Counted from the first letter of the stretch, positions 9,716-19,623 are shown. The stretch is 64,000 bases of DNA from Spirochaetia bacterium (GCA_963677925.2 CAXXYH010000003.1:1824001-1888000); one strand, 5' to 3'. Program-made: numbers and translations. The notes: generated by a model not told the origin, from the sequence alone.

Positions 9716-10276
9716 TTAATCTCCCTGTATCAAATCTTCTTCCTGTGACCGCAGAAACTGTCTCGCAAGAATAAGCGAGTCTGCATCATTAAGGTCACCA
9801 AGAACCTCTATTATTTCTGATCGTTTTACGGAATACCCGCGTACTTCACCTTCTATCTCCAGGCTGCGTTCAACCGGCATATCATACAGTCCATCAAACA
9901 TGAATGCCTGCAGAATCATCGCGCTGAGGTCTCCGAGAGGAGGGGTATCGATATTATCAAGCGGAAATGTAAAAACAAGGTCGGTCCCTCTGTTCTTTTC
10001 CGACTTTATCGAAAAATCTCCTCCGGTCTGCTCAACCGTCTGGATCAAAAAAGGAAGTCCTAACCCGACTTTGCGTGATTTGTGTTTTATACCGTCCGTA
10101 TAGAATGGATCGACAGCCTTTTTTAATTCGTCTTCATCCATTCCTCTGCCGTTGTCTTTAATTGAAACCGCGAAGTTCCGGGCGGTCTGGTTTATATCAA
10201 GATAAACCTCGGTAGCCCCTGCTTCTACAGAATTCTGAAGACAATCAAGGATAAAATCACAGACGGCTGCATGCAC
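9716..10276 (-). CDS. Stand-alone GHKL (HATPase_c) ATP-binding protein inside the hnd operon
   Basis: LQNSVEAGA, KDNGRGM, DPFYT and KVGLGLP; no HisKA domain. Confidence 0.85.
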   Translation of the reverse strand: MHAAVCDFILDCLQNSVEAGATEVYLDINQTARNFAVSIKDNGRGMDEDELKKAVDPFYTDGIKHKSRKVGLGLPFLIQTVEQTGGDFSIKSEKNRGTDLVFTFPLDNIDTPPLGDLSAMILQAFMFDGLYDMPVERSLEIEGEVRGYSVKRSEIIEVLGDLNDADSLILARQFLRSQEEDLIQGD

Positions 10277-10279
10277 TAA

Positions 10280-10768
10280 TCAGCCTCTGGATCGGAATTT
10301 AGCAAGTACTTCCGGGAGCTCGTCTTTAGTTACTTTACCGAAGACCTCTCCGTCAACTATCATTACCGGTGCAAGACCGCAGCAGCCTACGCATCGAACC
10401 GATTCTATAGAAAAAAGACCGTCATCAGTTACTTCATTCACGGCCACACCGAGAAGTGTCTCAAGCTCTTTGATTAAGTCTTCTCCGCCTTTCAGATAAC
10501 ATGCAGTTCCCATGCATACCTGAATATTGTATTTTCCGGGTTTATCAAGTTTAAAGAAATGATAAAAAGTAATTACACCATAAATCTTGGCCAGCGGTGT
10601 ATCGAGCATGTCGGAAACTTTGATTGCGGCTTCTCTTGGAATATAGCCAAATTCTTCCTGCACCTTGTGAAGTACCATAATCAGATTTCCAGGTTTGTTC
10701 TTCCATTCCTCAATAAATGAAACGAGTTCACTGGAGAACTCGATCTGAGGAGCTGTTTCTACAGCCAT
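10280..10768 (-). CDS. hndA: NuoE-like 2Fe-2S hydrogenase subunit (HndA/HydC)
   Basis: VCMGTACYLKG and RCVGCCGLAP motifs; AGGAGG SD. Confidence 0.92.
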   Translation of the reverse strand: MAVETAPQIEFSSELVSFIEEWKNKPGNLIMVLHKVQEEFGYIPREAAIKVSDMLDTPLAKIYGVITFYHFFKLDKPGKYNIQVCMGTACYLKGGEDLIKELETLLGVAVNEVTDDGLFSIESVRCVGCCGLAPVMIVDGEVFGKVTKDELPEVLAKFRSRG

Positions 10769-10898
10769 AGATCCTCCTGTTTGAATTTTTGGGATTTACC
10801 AGGTAAAAATCTGGATCTTATTAAGTAAAATGTCAATACATATAATAAGCAATACATCACCAATCATGCTTCAAAAACATTTTTTTTTGTTTTTTCAA

Positions 10899-10927
10899 TT
10901 GTTTTTTTCTCATAACATGCGTATAAT
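10899..10927 (+). promoter_or_regulatory. sigma70 promoter of rex
   Basis: TTGTTT-17nt-TATAAT. Confidence 0.5.
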
Positions 10928-10936
10928 GTTTATATA

Positions 10937-10986
10937 TTGTGAATAGAGACGCATTAAAAGCGACTAAGATACGAAATACTTCACAA
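10937..10986. promoter_or_regulatory. Candidate Rex operators
   Basis: Perfect half-site TTGTGAA at 10937, and ATACGAA-ATAC-TTCACAA at 10969-10986, versus the consensus TTGTGAA-N4-TTCACAA; lies between hndA and rex. Confidence 0.5.
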
Positions 10987-11006
10987 CAAGGAGATTTTTT
11001 AAATTC

Positions 11007-11669
11007 ATGAATAAGGAACTCATCCTCAGACTGTCCAAATATAAGAGACTTCTATACAAACTTAAAGCACTCGGACTTGAACGTGTATTCTCAAACAACC
11101 TTGGAGATGCGATTGCCGTAGCACCATCACTGGTCAGAAAAGACTTCTCGGTACTTAACCTTCCCGGAAACAAACGCGGGGGCTATGATATTGATATGCT
11201 GATTGAAAAACTCGATGTCGTACTCGGACGGGATAAACCTCAGGAGGTCATCGTTGCCGGATGCGGTCGTATCGGTACCGCACTCATGCAGTATGAAGAG
11301 TTCAGAAATGAAGGGATCAAGATAGTAGCAGGTTTTGATATAGCGCCCGAGAATGTTTCGAAAACCTCCGGAGTCCCGATATACCACATGCGTGAGATGA
11401 AGGAGTATGTCCAGAAAAACGGAACCAGGGTAGGTATAATTGCGGTGCCCGACAGTGCAGCGGCTCAGACCCTTGAGACAATGATTGATGCAGGAATAAG
11501 AGGCGTCCTGAACTTCGCAACAATAGAATTACGGACAGGAAAAGGCGGAGAGCTTGCTGATGACAATCTCCAGTGCACGATACACAACATTAATATATGT
11601 CTTGAACTTGAGCATCTTTTCTATCAGGTAAATGTTGCCAACAACCTCCCGGAAATTAACGAATCATAA
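11007..11669 (+). CDS. rex: Redox-sensing transcriptional repressor Rex
   Basis: RLSKYKR..VRKDFS winged helix, GCGRIGTAL Rossmann fold, GVLNFA. Confidence 0.93.
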   Translation: MNKELILRLSKYKRLLYKLKALGLERVFSNNLGDAIAVAPSLVRKDFSVLNLPGNKRGGYDIDMLIEKLDVVLGRDKPQEVIVAGCGRIGTALMQYEEFRNEGIKIVAGFDIAPENVSKTSGVPIYHMREMKEYVQKNGTRVGIIAVPDSAAAQTLETMIDAGIRGVLNFATIELRTGKGGELADDNLQCTIHNINICLELEHLFYQVNVANNLPEINES

Positions 11670-11676
11670 AGATAAT

Positions 11677-12726
11677 TCACAGCCTTTCCAGTACAGCAAT
11701 AACCGGAAAGTGGTCGGAATACCCCTCTTTCGCTGAATTGATCCAGCGGAGAGGGGTTTTATATTCTGTAAGCATAAAATCCGGCTGATGCACCTTAAAA
11801 GATTTAAACTCCAGGCCCTGCCCGTCAAGAGCTTTTCCGTCAAAAAAGAACTGATCCAGAGCCTCCCAGCTGCCGCGATAACTGTAGCTGCCCGAAGATT
11901 CACAGTCTATCCACGGATTATACATCAGCCCCTCTGCACCGGAAGCAAGTACAGTTTGAGAATCAGCCATCCTTAGATATTGAGATTTTTTTTCATCAGG
12001 GCCTATTTGAAGTGCAACCTCATAAGCCCCGTCTACCCTGATTTGCTCATCCCATGACTCATTAAAGTCTCCTGCAGCAATAATCAGACGCTCCGGTAAA
12101 TCCCCGGTGCTCAGCGTTTCAGCTGCAGACTGTAAATCCACAATTAAAGAAGACAGCCGTCTTGATGCAGCAATACGCTGGGGTTCGGTCTCCTCAGCAC
12201 CTCCGGATCTGGATTTCCAGTGGTTTACAAAAAAATATATTTCAGAAAGGTCATCAGCCTTCAGCCGGATCTCGGCAATGGATCTGCCTGCTGCTGCAGA
12301 ATCGAGATAAACTGTATGTGTTATGATTTCCTCAATTTCAAGCCTGCTCAGAACAGCATTGCTTACAGCTGAACCCTGCGTAGGAAGAAAGGCCGACCAG
12401 ATATATCCGCACTCTTTCAGATACATATCTTTCAGCAGATTAAGCGCATTTTCATTTTCGACTTCCTGCAGGACGACAACCTCGGGCCCTGAAGGCTTAA
12501 CAGACTGAATGACTTCCGCCAGGGCTGCAGCCTTCTGATTATAGCAGTCGGTATCCCAGTCTCCTTCTGAAGGATCGAATTCGCTGTATTCCGTTCCGTC
12601 ACTGATATCATCAAAGAAGTTCTGAACATTCCAGGACATTATAGTTATTTCGGTATCTTCCTGACCGCCGCAGCTGCATGACAGCAGCAGAAGCACCAGG
12701 GCTGATAGAAAGTATATGGTTCTCAT
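11677..12726 (-). CDS. Endonuclease/exonuclease/phosphatase family lipoprotein
   Basis: Lipobox LLSC; SWNVQNFFD, LQEVEN, NHWKSR, GDFN and YSDHFP motifs. Confidence 0.88.
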   Translation of the reverse strand: MRTIYFLSALVLLLLSCSCGGQEDTEITIMSWNVQNFFDDISDGTEYSEFDPSEGDWDTDCYNQKAAALAEVIQSVKPSGPEVVVLQEVENENALNLLKDMYLKECGYIWSAFLPTQGSAVSNAVLSRLEIEEIITHTVYLDSAAAGRSIAEIRLKADDLSEIYFFVNHWKSRSGGAEETEPQRIAASRRLSSLIVDLQSAAETLSTGDLPERLIIAAGDFNESWDEQIRVDGAYEVALQIGPDEKKSQYLRMADSQTVLASGAEGLMYNPWIDCESSGSYSYRGSWEALDQFFFDGKALDGQGLEFKSFKVHQPDFMLTEYKTPLRWINSAKEGYSDHFPVIAVLERL

Positions 12727-12793
12727 ACAGTATTTAAACCCGTATTTATCCCTATTGATTGAAATCAGGACTTTAAAATACGAGAATTAAAGT

Positions 12794-13207
12794 ATGAAAA
12801 GCTATAGAAAGGAATTATTTTTCAATACAACCGAACGGTATCAGATAATGAATATCACTTCCGAGGTTGAAGACTGTCTTTCTGATAGCGGAATACAGGA
12901 AGGGCTCTGTCTTGTAAACGCAATGCATATTACAGCCAGCGTTTTTGTCACAGAAGCCGAGGAAGCCCTCCATCAGGATCATCTGGACTGGCTTGAAGGT
13001 CTTGCTCCATACCGAAGAACCGGATATCGCCACAACATCGGACAGGATAACGGGGACGGGCACCTTAAACGTCAGGTTCTGGGACGGGAAACTGTTGTTG
13101 CGGTGACCGGCGGCAAACTTGATCTGGGGACCTGGGAGAATATCTGTTACGGAGAGTTTGACGGCAGAAGAAAAAAGCGGGTGCTTGTTAAAATTATAGG
13201 AGAATGA
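12794..13207 (+). CDS. yjbQ: YjbQ/UPF0047 family protein (secondary thiamine-phosphate synthase)
   Basis: [16 protein letters not shown] and YGEFDGRR motifs. Confidence 0.9.
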   Translation: MKSYRKELFFNTTERYQIMNITSEVEDCLSDSGIQEGLCLVNAMHITASVFVTEAEEALHQDHLDWLEGLAPYRRTGYRHNIGQDNGDGHLKRQVLGRETVVAVTGGKLDLGTWENICYGEFDGRRKKRVLVKIIGE

Positions 13208-13220
13208 ACGCTTAAGGATC

Positions 13221-13254
13221 AAAAAAGGCTGCCCAAATCGCGGACAGCCTTTTT
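13221..13254. terminator. Bidirectional intrinsic terminator (yjbQ/purC)
   Basis: AAAAAAGGCTG..CAGCCTTTTT between convergent genes. Confidence 0.8.
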
Positions 13255-13296
13255 AGTTTGAGCCGTATATATACACGACTTCAGCTTCGTTCTGCT

Positions 13297-14256
13297 TTAT
13301 GCAAGATAGGCGGTAATAGCTTTTACCTCTTCAGCCTCTGTAAGAGACTGAGGAACAAACTCGGTTCCGGTAATCTGCTCATATGCCTGAATATAGCGCC
13401 ATGCAACTTCAATTCTGACTTCATCCGGAATAACCGGTGATTCACCGTCGCCCATGAAGTTCTTCTCGGTTATAAGCCAGTGCCTGAGATATTCCTTGTC
13501 AATCTTGCGCTGTTCCTCACCTTTTTCAAAAAGGTCTTCATAGGTATCTGCATACCAGAATCGGCTGGAATCAGGGGTGTGAACCTCATCAACAAGGATA
13601 AGCTCGCCGTCGAGCAGGCCGAACTCGTATTTGGTATCTACCAGGATAAGCCCCTGCTTTTCAAGCATATTGCTTCCGCGGTTAAACAGAGCCACAGCGG
13701 CCTTTTCAACCTTTGCCCAGAGTTCTTTTTCAACAAGCCCTGTTTTCACAATTTCTTCACAGCTGATCGGCATATCATGTTCGCCGATCTCCGCCTTTGT
13801 GGAAGGTGTAAGCAGAGGCTGTTCAAACTTCTGATTCATCTTCATTCCGGCGGGAAGCTTAATTCCTGATATATCCTTTCCGGCCTGGTAATCCCTCCAG
13901 GCTGAACCGGTGAGATAGCCGCGTACAATCACTTCAACAGGAAGAACCTCGCATTTCTTTACAGCAACCGTCCGTGCCGTAACCTGCTCAGCAATATGGT
14001 TTGCAACTATATCTGCAGTCTGTTCAAACCAGAAGAGGGAAATGCGGTTAAGCAGTTCACCCTTGCAGGGTATAGTAGAAAGAATCCGGTCAAAGGCCGA
14101 TATTCGATCGGAAGTCGTGATAACCAGTTTGTCGTCGCCGGACGGAAAGATATCACGAACCTTTCCGGAAATATATCCCGGTGTTTTTACCGCCTCGCTT
14201 CCGGCAAATCCGCCGAAAGCACTTCCCATGTAGGATGCTATTTCTTCTCTTTTCAT
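13297..14256 (-). CDS. purC: SAICAR synthetase
   Basis: GKVRD, SDRISAFD, VRGYLTGS, DTKYEFG and DEVHTPDSSRFW. Confidence 0.96.
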   Translation of the reverse strand: MKREEIASYMGSAFGGFAGSEAVKTPGYISGKVRDIFPSGDDKLVITTSDRISAFDRILSTIPCKGELLNRISLFWFEQTADIVANHIAEQVTARTVAVKKCEVLPVEVIVRGYLTGSAWRDYQAGKDISGIKLPAGMKMNQKFEQPLLTPSTKAEIGEHDMPISCEEIVKTGLVEKELWAKVEKAAVALFNRGSNMLEKQGLILVDTKYEFGLLDGELILVDEVHTPDSSRFWYADTYEDLFEKGEEQRKIDKEYLRHWLITEKNFMGDGESPVIPDEVRIEVAWRYIQAYEQITGTEFVPQSLTEAEEVKAITAYLA

Positions 14257-14843
14257 CAGGCCAGTTCACTCCTGCTGCTAATTACCTTTGATATAAGTCC
14301 GTACTCCACTGAATCCAAAGCATTGAGCCAGTAGTCACGGTCAGTATCCTTCTCTACTCTATCAAGCGACTGGCCGGTTTCATCGGCGATAAGCTGATTC
14401 AGCTTCTGCCTGGTTTTCTCAAGTTCCTTAGCGTGAATTTCAATCTCGGTTGCAACGCCGCGCATACCGGAAAGTGGCTGGTGGATCAGGTAGTGGGAAT
14501 TGGGAAGACCGAGTCTTCTCTCCTTCGGTGCGGCAAGCAGGATAAGTGCTCCCGCACTGGCAACCAGCCCCATTCCAACTGTATAAACATCCGGTTTTAC
14601 AAATCTGATCATATCGAAAATTGCATAGCCTGCATCAACGTCACCGCCGGGAGAGTCAATGAAAACCTTGATTGGCTCATCGCTTTCGGCTTCAAGAATT
14701 AGAAGCTGTTTTACAACCTTTTCAGCAAGCTCCTTGTTTACTTCTCCGGAAAGCAGAATTGTTCTTGTCTTCAGTATTTTTTCAGATACCGCATCAGGAT
14801 TTTCCGCTTTATCCTTACTGCATTCTCTTTCTTCTTCACTCAT
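14256..14843 (-). CDS. clpP: ATP-dependent Clp protease proteolytic subunit
   Basis: DSPGG, ASAG and IHQP catalytic motifs. Start set to ATG 14843 with an AGGAG SD. Confidence 0.95.
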   Translation of the reverse strand: MSEEERECSKDKAENPDAVSEKILKTRTILLSGEVNKELAEKVVKQLLILEAESDEPIKVFIDSPGGDVDAGYAIFDMIRFVKPDVYTVGMGLVASAGALILLAAPKERRLGLPNSHYLIHQPLSGMRGVATEIEIHAKELEKTRQKLNQLIADETGQSLDRVEKDTDRDYWLNALDSVEYGLISKVISSRSELA

Positions 14844-14921
14844 AAAAATAACTACTCCTGTTTTTATGTAACATGATGCAAAGCCTCTTGTCAATTGTAT
14901 AGAATTTACTACAATTAGCAA

Positions 14922-15815
14922 ATGAAGTCAGCATATATATCCATTATAGGACGGCCTTCTGCCGGAAAATCGACCCTAATAAACAGCATCTGCGGTGAAA
15001 AAGTCTCAATAGTATCACCGGTACCTCAAACTACCAGAAATAAAATCCGCGGAATTATAACCAGAGACGAAGGCCAGCTGGTTTTCATAGATACTCCCGG
15101 ATACCATATTTCGGACAAAAAGTTCAACAATTACCTGAAAGACCTTGCAGGATCGGCAGTAGAAGATGCAGATCTATTTCTATATGTAATAGATACAGCC
15201 AGAAAACCCGGAGCTGAAGAGAAGGAAGTTCTTTCCATGCTGGAACCCTACTTCGACAGGACGATAGTTGCATTGAATAAAACCGATCTGCCCGAATCAA
15301 AGCCTCAGGAAATAGTAGATTTCATCGGGGAAACCGCAGGTTCACATCCTGCAGGTATGATAGGGATTTCTGCTGAAAAGGGAACCAATGTTGAAGACAT
15401 ACTCAAAGCCCTTTTTGAACTGGCACCGGAAGGCTTTCCCCTGTACCCGGAAGACTACTACACCGACCAGGAGCCTTCCTTCCGTATAATGGAAGTAATA
15501 CGGGAAAAGGCAATCACCGGCTCCAGACAGGAACTGCCCCACTCTATCTATGTAGATATTGCCGATATGGAGGCGGACAGGGATGAAAGCGGTGAAATCA
15601 AAAAGCTATGGGTACGTGCATTTCTTACTGCAGAAAGAGATAGCCAGAAAGGAATTCTTGTAGGACGCGGCGGAGAAAACATTAAAAGGATTCGGCTTGA
15701 AGCACAGAAGGAGCTTAACCAGCTTTTTCCCTACAGGGTAAGCCTTGATTTAAGGGTTAAGGTGAATCCAAAATGGCGGCGTAACGACGGACTGCTTAAG
15801 AATATGCTGTTTTAA
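14922..15815 (+). CDS. era: GTPase Era
   Basis: GRPSAGKSTL, QTTR, DTPG and NKTD motifs; KH domain SQKGILVGRGG. Confidence 0.96.
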   Translation: MKSAYISIIGRPSAGKSTLINSICGEKVSIVSPVPQTTRNKIRGIITRDEGQLVFIDTPGYHISDKKFNNYLKDLAGSAVEDADLFLYVIDTARKPGAEEKEVLSMLEPYFDRTIVALNKTDLPESKPQEIVDFIGETAGSHPAGMIGISAEKGTNVEDILKALFELAPEGFPLYPEDYYTDQEPSFRIMEVIREKAITGSRQELPHSIYVDIADMEADRDESGEIKKLWVRAFLTAERDSQKGILVGRGGENIKRIRLEAQKELNQLFPYRVSLDLRVKVNPKWRRNDGLLKNMLF

Positions 15816-15822
15816 GAATCTC

Positions 15823-16992
15823 TTAAGGCTGTTTATCCGAATCAGCCCTGTGCCGGTGAAAAATCCGGTAGGGGGTTTCGGGCAGAGTGTTTTCAACCAT
15901 TTTATCGTAAAGTTCCAAATCGCGCTTTCGGGCCCGGCCGCCGAGCTTGCGGATTGTCTTCAGCAGTGCAGCCACCTGCTTGCGCTGCTCAGAATTCATG
16001 TTGATGAACAGAAGTCCGTAATGGTAGAAATCTTTAACCTTTTTCTTCCATTTAACAACACCGTCTATATCAGCAGAGTCATATCCTACCGTACAGAAGA
16101 AGCCGCAGAGCTCTCCCATCTTGATATCAAGCGAGGTTTCAAGACAGGCGCCGGTGCTTGAGACATTTACGAGTTTTGCCGGGTTAATATTTCCCTGGAA
16201 GCGGAGTGAAACATTTATATTAACAGAGTAACGGCTGTACAGTCTCTTTTCCTCAGCTGATTCAACCTCGGTGATCGCGCCCACACCCAGCAGGTGAAGC
16301 ATTGCAATTATATGCTCAACCCCCTCTTTTTCTGTTTCCGAGATATTTACAAACATTATTCCGTACCCCGGAAGGCTGCAGTCATCCAGAACGCTGCGCA
16401 TTACCCGGCCTTTTAAGGCAACGGAAATACTGTTGCCCATATAGATTCTTAGGGGATAGATATGGCCTGTATCAATTTTCTCTGCGATTCTGATAAAACA
16501 ACCCCCGAGGGAGATATCTTCAAGGTAGCCCAGTTCTGCCATTCCTGCATATTCGATGGAAACACCAAGATCAATTTCGTATCTTCTGGCCTGTTCCCAC
16601 CACCTAAGCCGCGGGTTGAAATACGGCGCAATTATATGTTTTCTGAAAAAGAACCCTGCAGCAGCAAAAAGCACCAGGTTGAACATAATCATTCCGCCCA
16701 GCGAGATCATGGGATTAGCAGCATATGCTGTAATATTATAAACAATCATCGTGGCCGCAGTTACCATAAAAACCCACCACCCGGCTTTATGAACTGTATA
16801 AACGGCAACTGCTGCCAGGGGGTAGAGACATAAAATTATGATATCGGAAACTGCAAGCCTGGTAAAAATATTTCCGCGGCCCCAGAGAGGTATCATATTT
16901 ATGTAAGCATTGAGGACAACCGTCACAAGCGGAGTTAAAATAAGCAGCAGTGAAAAAAAGAGAATACTTCCGGGACGTTTCAGACTGTTCAA
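15823..16992 (-). CDS. Membrane protein with two PilZ domains
   Basis: 4 N-terminal TMs; RRY..DISLGGC and KRLYSRY..NVSSTGA (RxxxR / D/NxSxxG). Confidence 0.8.
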   Translation of the reverse strand: MNSLKRPGSILFFSLLLILTPLVTVVLNAYINMIPLWGRGNIFTRLAVSDIIILCLYPLAAVAVYTVHKAGWWVFMVTAATMIVYNITAYAANPMISLGGMIMFNLVLFAAAGFFFRKHIIAPYFNPRLRWWEQARRYEIDLGVSIEYAGMAELGYLEDISLGGCFIRIAEKIDTGHIYPLRIYMGNSISVALKGRVMRSVLDDCSLPGYGIMFVNISETEKEGVEHIIAMLHLLGVGAITEVESAEEKRLYSRYSVNINVSLRFQGNINPAKLVNVSSTGACLETSLDIKMGELCGFFCTVGYDSADIDGVVKWKKKVKDFYHYGLLFINMNSEQRKQVAALLKTIRKLGGRARKRDLELYDKMVENTLPETPYRIFHRHRADSDKQP

Positions 16993-17102
16993 AACGCACT
17001 CCTTTTTTAATTTACATTTAAATTATAGTATGAATATACAGGATTTTCGCTAAAAATGTCCAGAAAACTTGAATAATATTCCATCTCCACTATAATTTGG
17101 GT

Positions 17103-18341
17103 ATGAATCGAAGGCTGATTTTTTTACTTACTGTGACTGCAATCTTTTATTTTTTTATCAGCCTTTCCGGATGTTCTCTCTTCATATTAAAAGACAGCCT
17201 TACCCCTGATGAATATCTTCCGGAAGCCGTATTAATAGTAGTTGATAGTGAAGTAGCCCGGGAAACAGAAGCAAGAATTGCCGTCTATCAAAGTGATTTG
17301 AGTGCAGAAGGAGTAAGTTCTTCTGTCATAGTCTGGGAAAATTCCGACAATTACGCAGAACTCAAAGACAGACTTATTGCCTCATCAGCTGATCATACCT
17401 GCGCCTTTTTCGTTGGGAATCTTCCGGTTGCCTGGTACGAGCAGGAGGCCTTCGGCGAAGAAGAAGTATTTCCTGCAGATCTCTATTATATGGATCTTGA
17501 TTCGATCTGGTCCGACACAGACGGGGACGGATATCTTGATGAACACAGTGATATTGAGGTTGATTTCTATATTTCACGAATTACAGGCTCAGCTGAAGAA
17601 CTTAACTTCTATTTTGATAAATTATCTGCCTACCGCAGCGGAACCGGATTTATTTATGATGATGCTCTGATATTCAAGGATGATGACTGGCAGTCGAATT
17701 ACCGAAGCAACAGCCTCGGCCTTGATTCACTCTACAGCAGCGTAACAATTCTGCAGGACCCCGAAACGACCCTGAGGGAAAGCTATATAGAACAGGTTAC
17801 CGGAAACGGTTATGAGTTTGTATATCAGTGGGTACACGCCGCGCCGCCTGTTCTTTTCTTTGACGAGGGCGATACATATGATCTGATGAGAGCCAGCGAC
17901 ATAGGGGCTAACAACCTTAAAGCCAACTTCTACAATCTCTTCGACTGTCAGGCGGCCAGGTTTACCGTCAACAATCTTGCATCAAACTACCTGCTTGAAA
18001 CTGATTCAGCCATTTCCGTAGTAGGCTCGACGAAGACCGGAGGCATATACTATCCGATTGAATTCAATAAAGCGCTGGGTGAAGGGGCCTGCTGGGGAGC
18101 CGCATACAGAGTCTGGTACAACAATTCCGGATATACCGATGACAATTGGTTTCTGGGAATGATTATAATGGGTGATCCGGCAATCAGACCCTACCATGCA
18201 TCCGGAGCCGATATTGCGGAAGGCAGCAGATCTATATCTACCATTATTCCTTTAAGCGAAGAAGAAACCGACCGCATGTTCCTGCAGCTGCGTGATTTCG
18301 ACCTTGCCGAGGAATATGAAGATAAATCTGTGGATGAATAA
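17103..18341 (+). CDS. Peptidase C25 (gingipain-like) lipoprotein
   Basis: Lipobox LSGC; PADLYYMDLD, His (WVHA), Cys (LFDC) and IMGDP motifs. Confidence 0.65.
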   Translation: MNRRLIFLLTVTAIFYFFISLSGCSLFILKDSLTPDEYLPEAVLIVVDSEVARETEARIAVYQSDLSAEGVSSSVIVWENSDNYAELKDRLIASSADHTCAFFVGNLPVAWYEQEAFGEEEVFPADLYYMDLDSIWSDTDGDGYLDEHSDIEVDFYISRITGSAEELNFYFDKLSAYRSGTGFIYDDALIFKDDDWQSNYRSNSLGLDSLYSSVTILQDPETTLRESYIEQVTGNGYEFVYQWVHAAPPVLFFDEGDTYDLMRASDIGANNLKANFYNLFDCQAARFTVNNLASNYLLETDSAISVVGSTKTGGIYYPIEFNKALGEGACWGAAYRVWYNNSGYTDDNWFLGMIIMGDPAIRPYHASGADIAEGSRSISTIIPLSEEETDRMFLQLRDFDLAEEYEDKSVDE

Positions 18342-18408
18342 ACGTAATTTTATTCCAGCATTAAGATCTGTTATTTGACTTTTTACAGCCCTGCTATTAT
18401 TAATAGAC

Positions 18409-19623
18409 ATGCAGAAATCATTACTTCGAAAAATCAGCCTATTGCTGCTGTTTGTAATCACCATATTCAGGCTTCCTGCCGCTGAATCAGCCTTTCCTGT
18501 AATAAATTCAGAATCGGCAATTCTTATAGACATGGGAACAGGTACAGTACTCTTTGAAAAGAATGCAGACACGGTTATTCCTCCCGCATCAATGACAAAG
18601 CTTATGACAATGCACATTGCGCTCGAAGCAGTCAAAAACGGGCAATGCAGCCTTGACGATTATGTACCGATAGGCAGGAATGCTGATTTCCGAAACCAGC
18701 CTCCCCACTCTTCGCTTATGTTTATCGAAGAAGGTCAGAAGGTAACACTTGCCGGACTGCTTACCGGACTGGCAATTCCCTCCGGTAATGATGCCGCGGT
18801 GGCTGTAGCTGACTTTATAGCCGGCAGCACCCCGGAATTTATCAGAATGATGAATGCAGAGGCGGACAGGCTTGGTCTGCTGAACACAAATTTTGATGAC
18901 ACCTCCGGATATTCAGCATATAACAGTACAACATCAAGGGAGTATGCTGAGTTCTGCAGCTACTACATAAGCGAACATCCTGAAGCACTTGAACTCTTTC
19001 ATGCAATAACCGAGTTCACCTATCCGGCAGAGAATAATCTGCCGGACAGCGGAGAAAGCGTTTACGGACCCATAACACAGTACAATCATAACCAGCTTGC
19101 CGGAAGATACCCGGGAGTCGATGGACTAAAAACCGGTTATATTGATGAATCGGGTTTTAACATAGCCGCCACCTGTATACAGAACGAAAGAAGGCTTCTT
19201 GCTGTCATTATGGGGGGCCGGGGAAAGACCACATCAGATGGAAATCTTAAAAGGCTTGTCGATGTTTCAATTCTTTTTACCTACGGTTTTGAGGCATGGA
19301 CTGTTTTCAGTCCCGGAAAAAACACTTACACCGAGATGAAGGTCTGGAAAGGAAAGCGGGATTTCGTTGCCGCCGAAAGAACAAAGGCTGATGATATATG
19401 TCTTAAATACTCTGATTTGATTGATGCCCAATACATAGACACTCCGGCAGACCTGCTCGAAGCCCCGCTATCCAGGGGTGATACGATTGGGTCATGGAAG
19501 CTTGTAGCATCCGATGGCGAAACCCTTACAGAGGGAACTCTTACAGCCATGGCTGAAATAGAAGAAGGCGGCTGGATAAAAAGAAAGCTTGATTCGTTCA
19601 GACTGCGGCGGCTTAGTAATTAG
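18409..19623 (+). CDS. dacA: D-alanyl-D-alanine carboxypeptidase (S11)
   Basis: PASMTK, SGN and KTGY motifs; signal peptide. Confidence 0.92.
   Translation: MQKSLLRKISLLLLFVITIFRLPAAESAFPVINSESAILIDMGTGTVLFEKNADTVIPPASMTKLMTMHIALEAVKNGQCSLDDYVPIGRNADFRNQPPHSSLMFIEEGQKVTLAGLLTGLAIPSGNDAAVAVADFIAGSTPEFIRMMNAEADRLGLLNTNFDDTSGYSAYNSTTSREYAEFCSYYISEHPEALELFHAITEFTYPAENNLPDSGESVYGPITQYNHNQLAGRYPGVDGLKTGYIDESGFNIAATCIQNERRLLAVIMGGRGKTTSDGNLKRLVDVSILFTYGFEAWTVFSPGKNTYTEMKVWKGKRDFVAAERTKADDICLKYSDLIDAQYIDTPADLLEAPLSRGDTIGSWKLVASDGETLTEGTLTAMAEIEEGGWIKRKLDSFRLRRLSN

Noticed and set aside
14844-14921. Longer clpP start in the ORF track
   Set aside because: The region holds the divergent clpP/era promoters, and an SD precedes ATG 14843.
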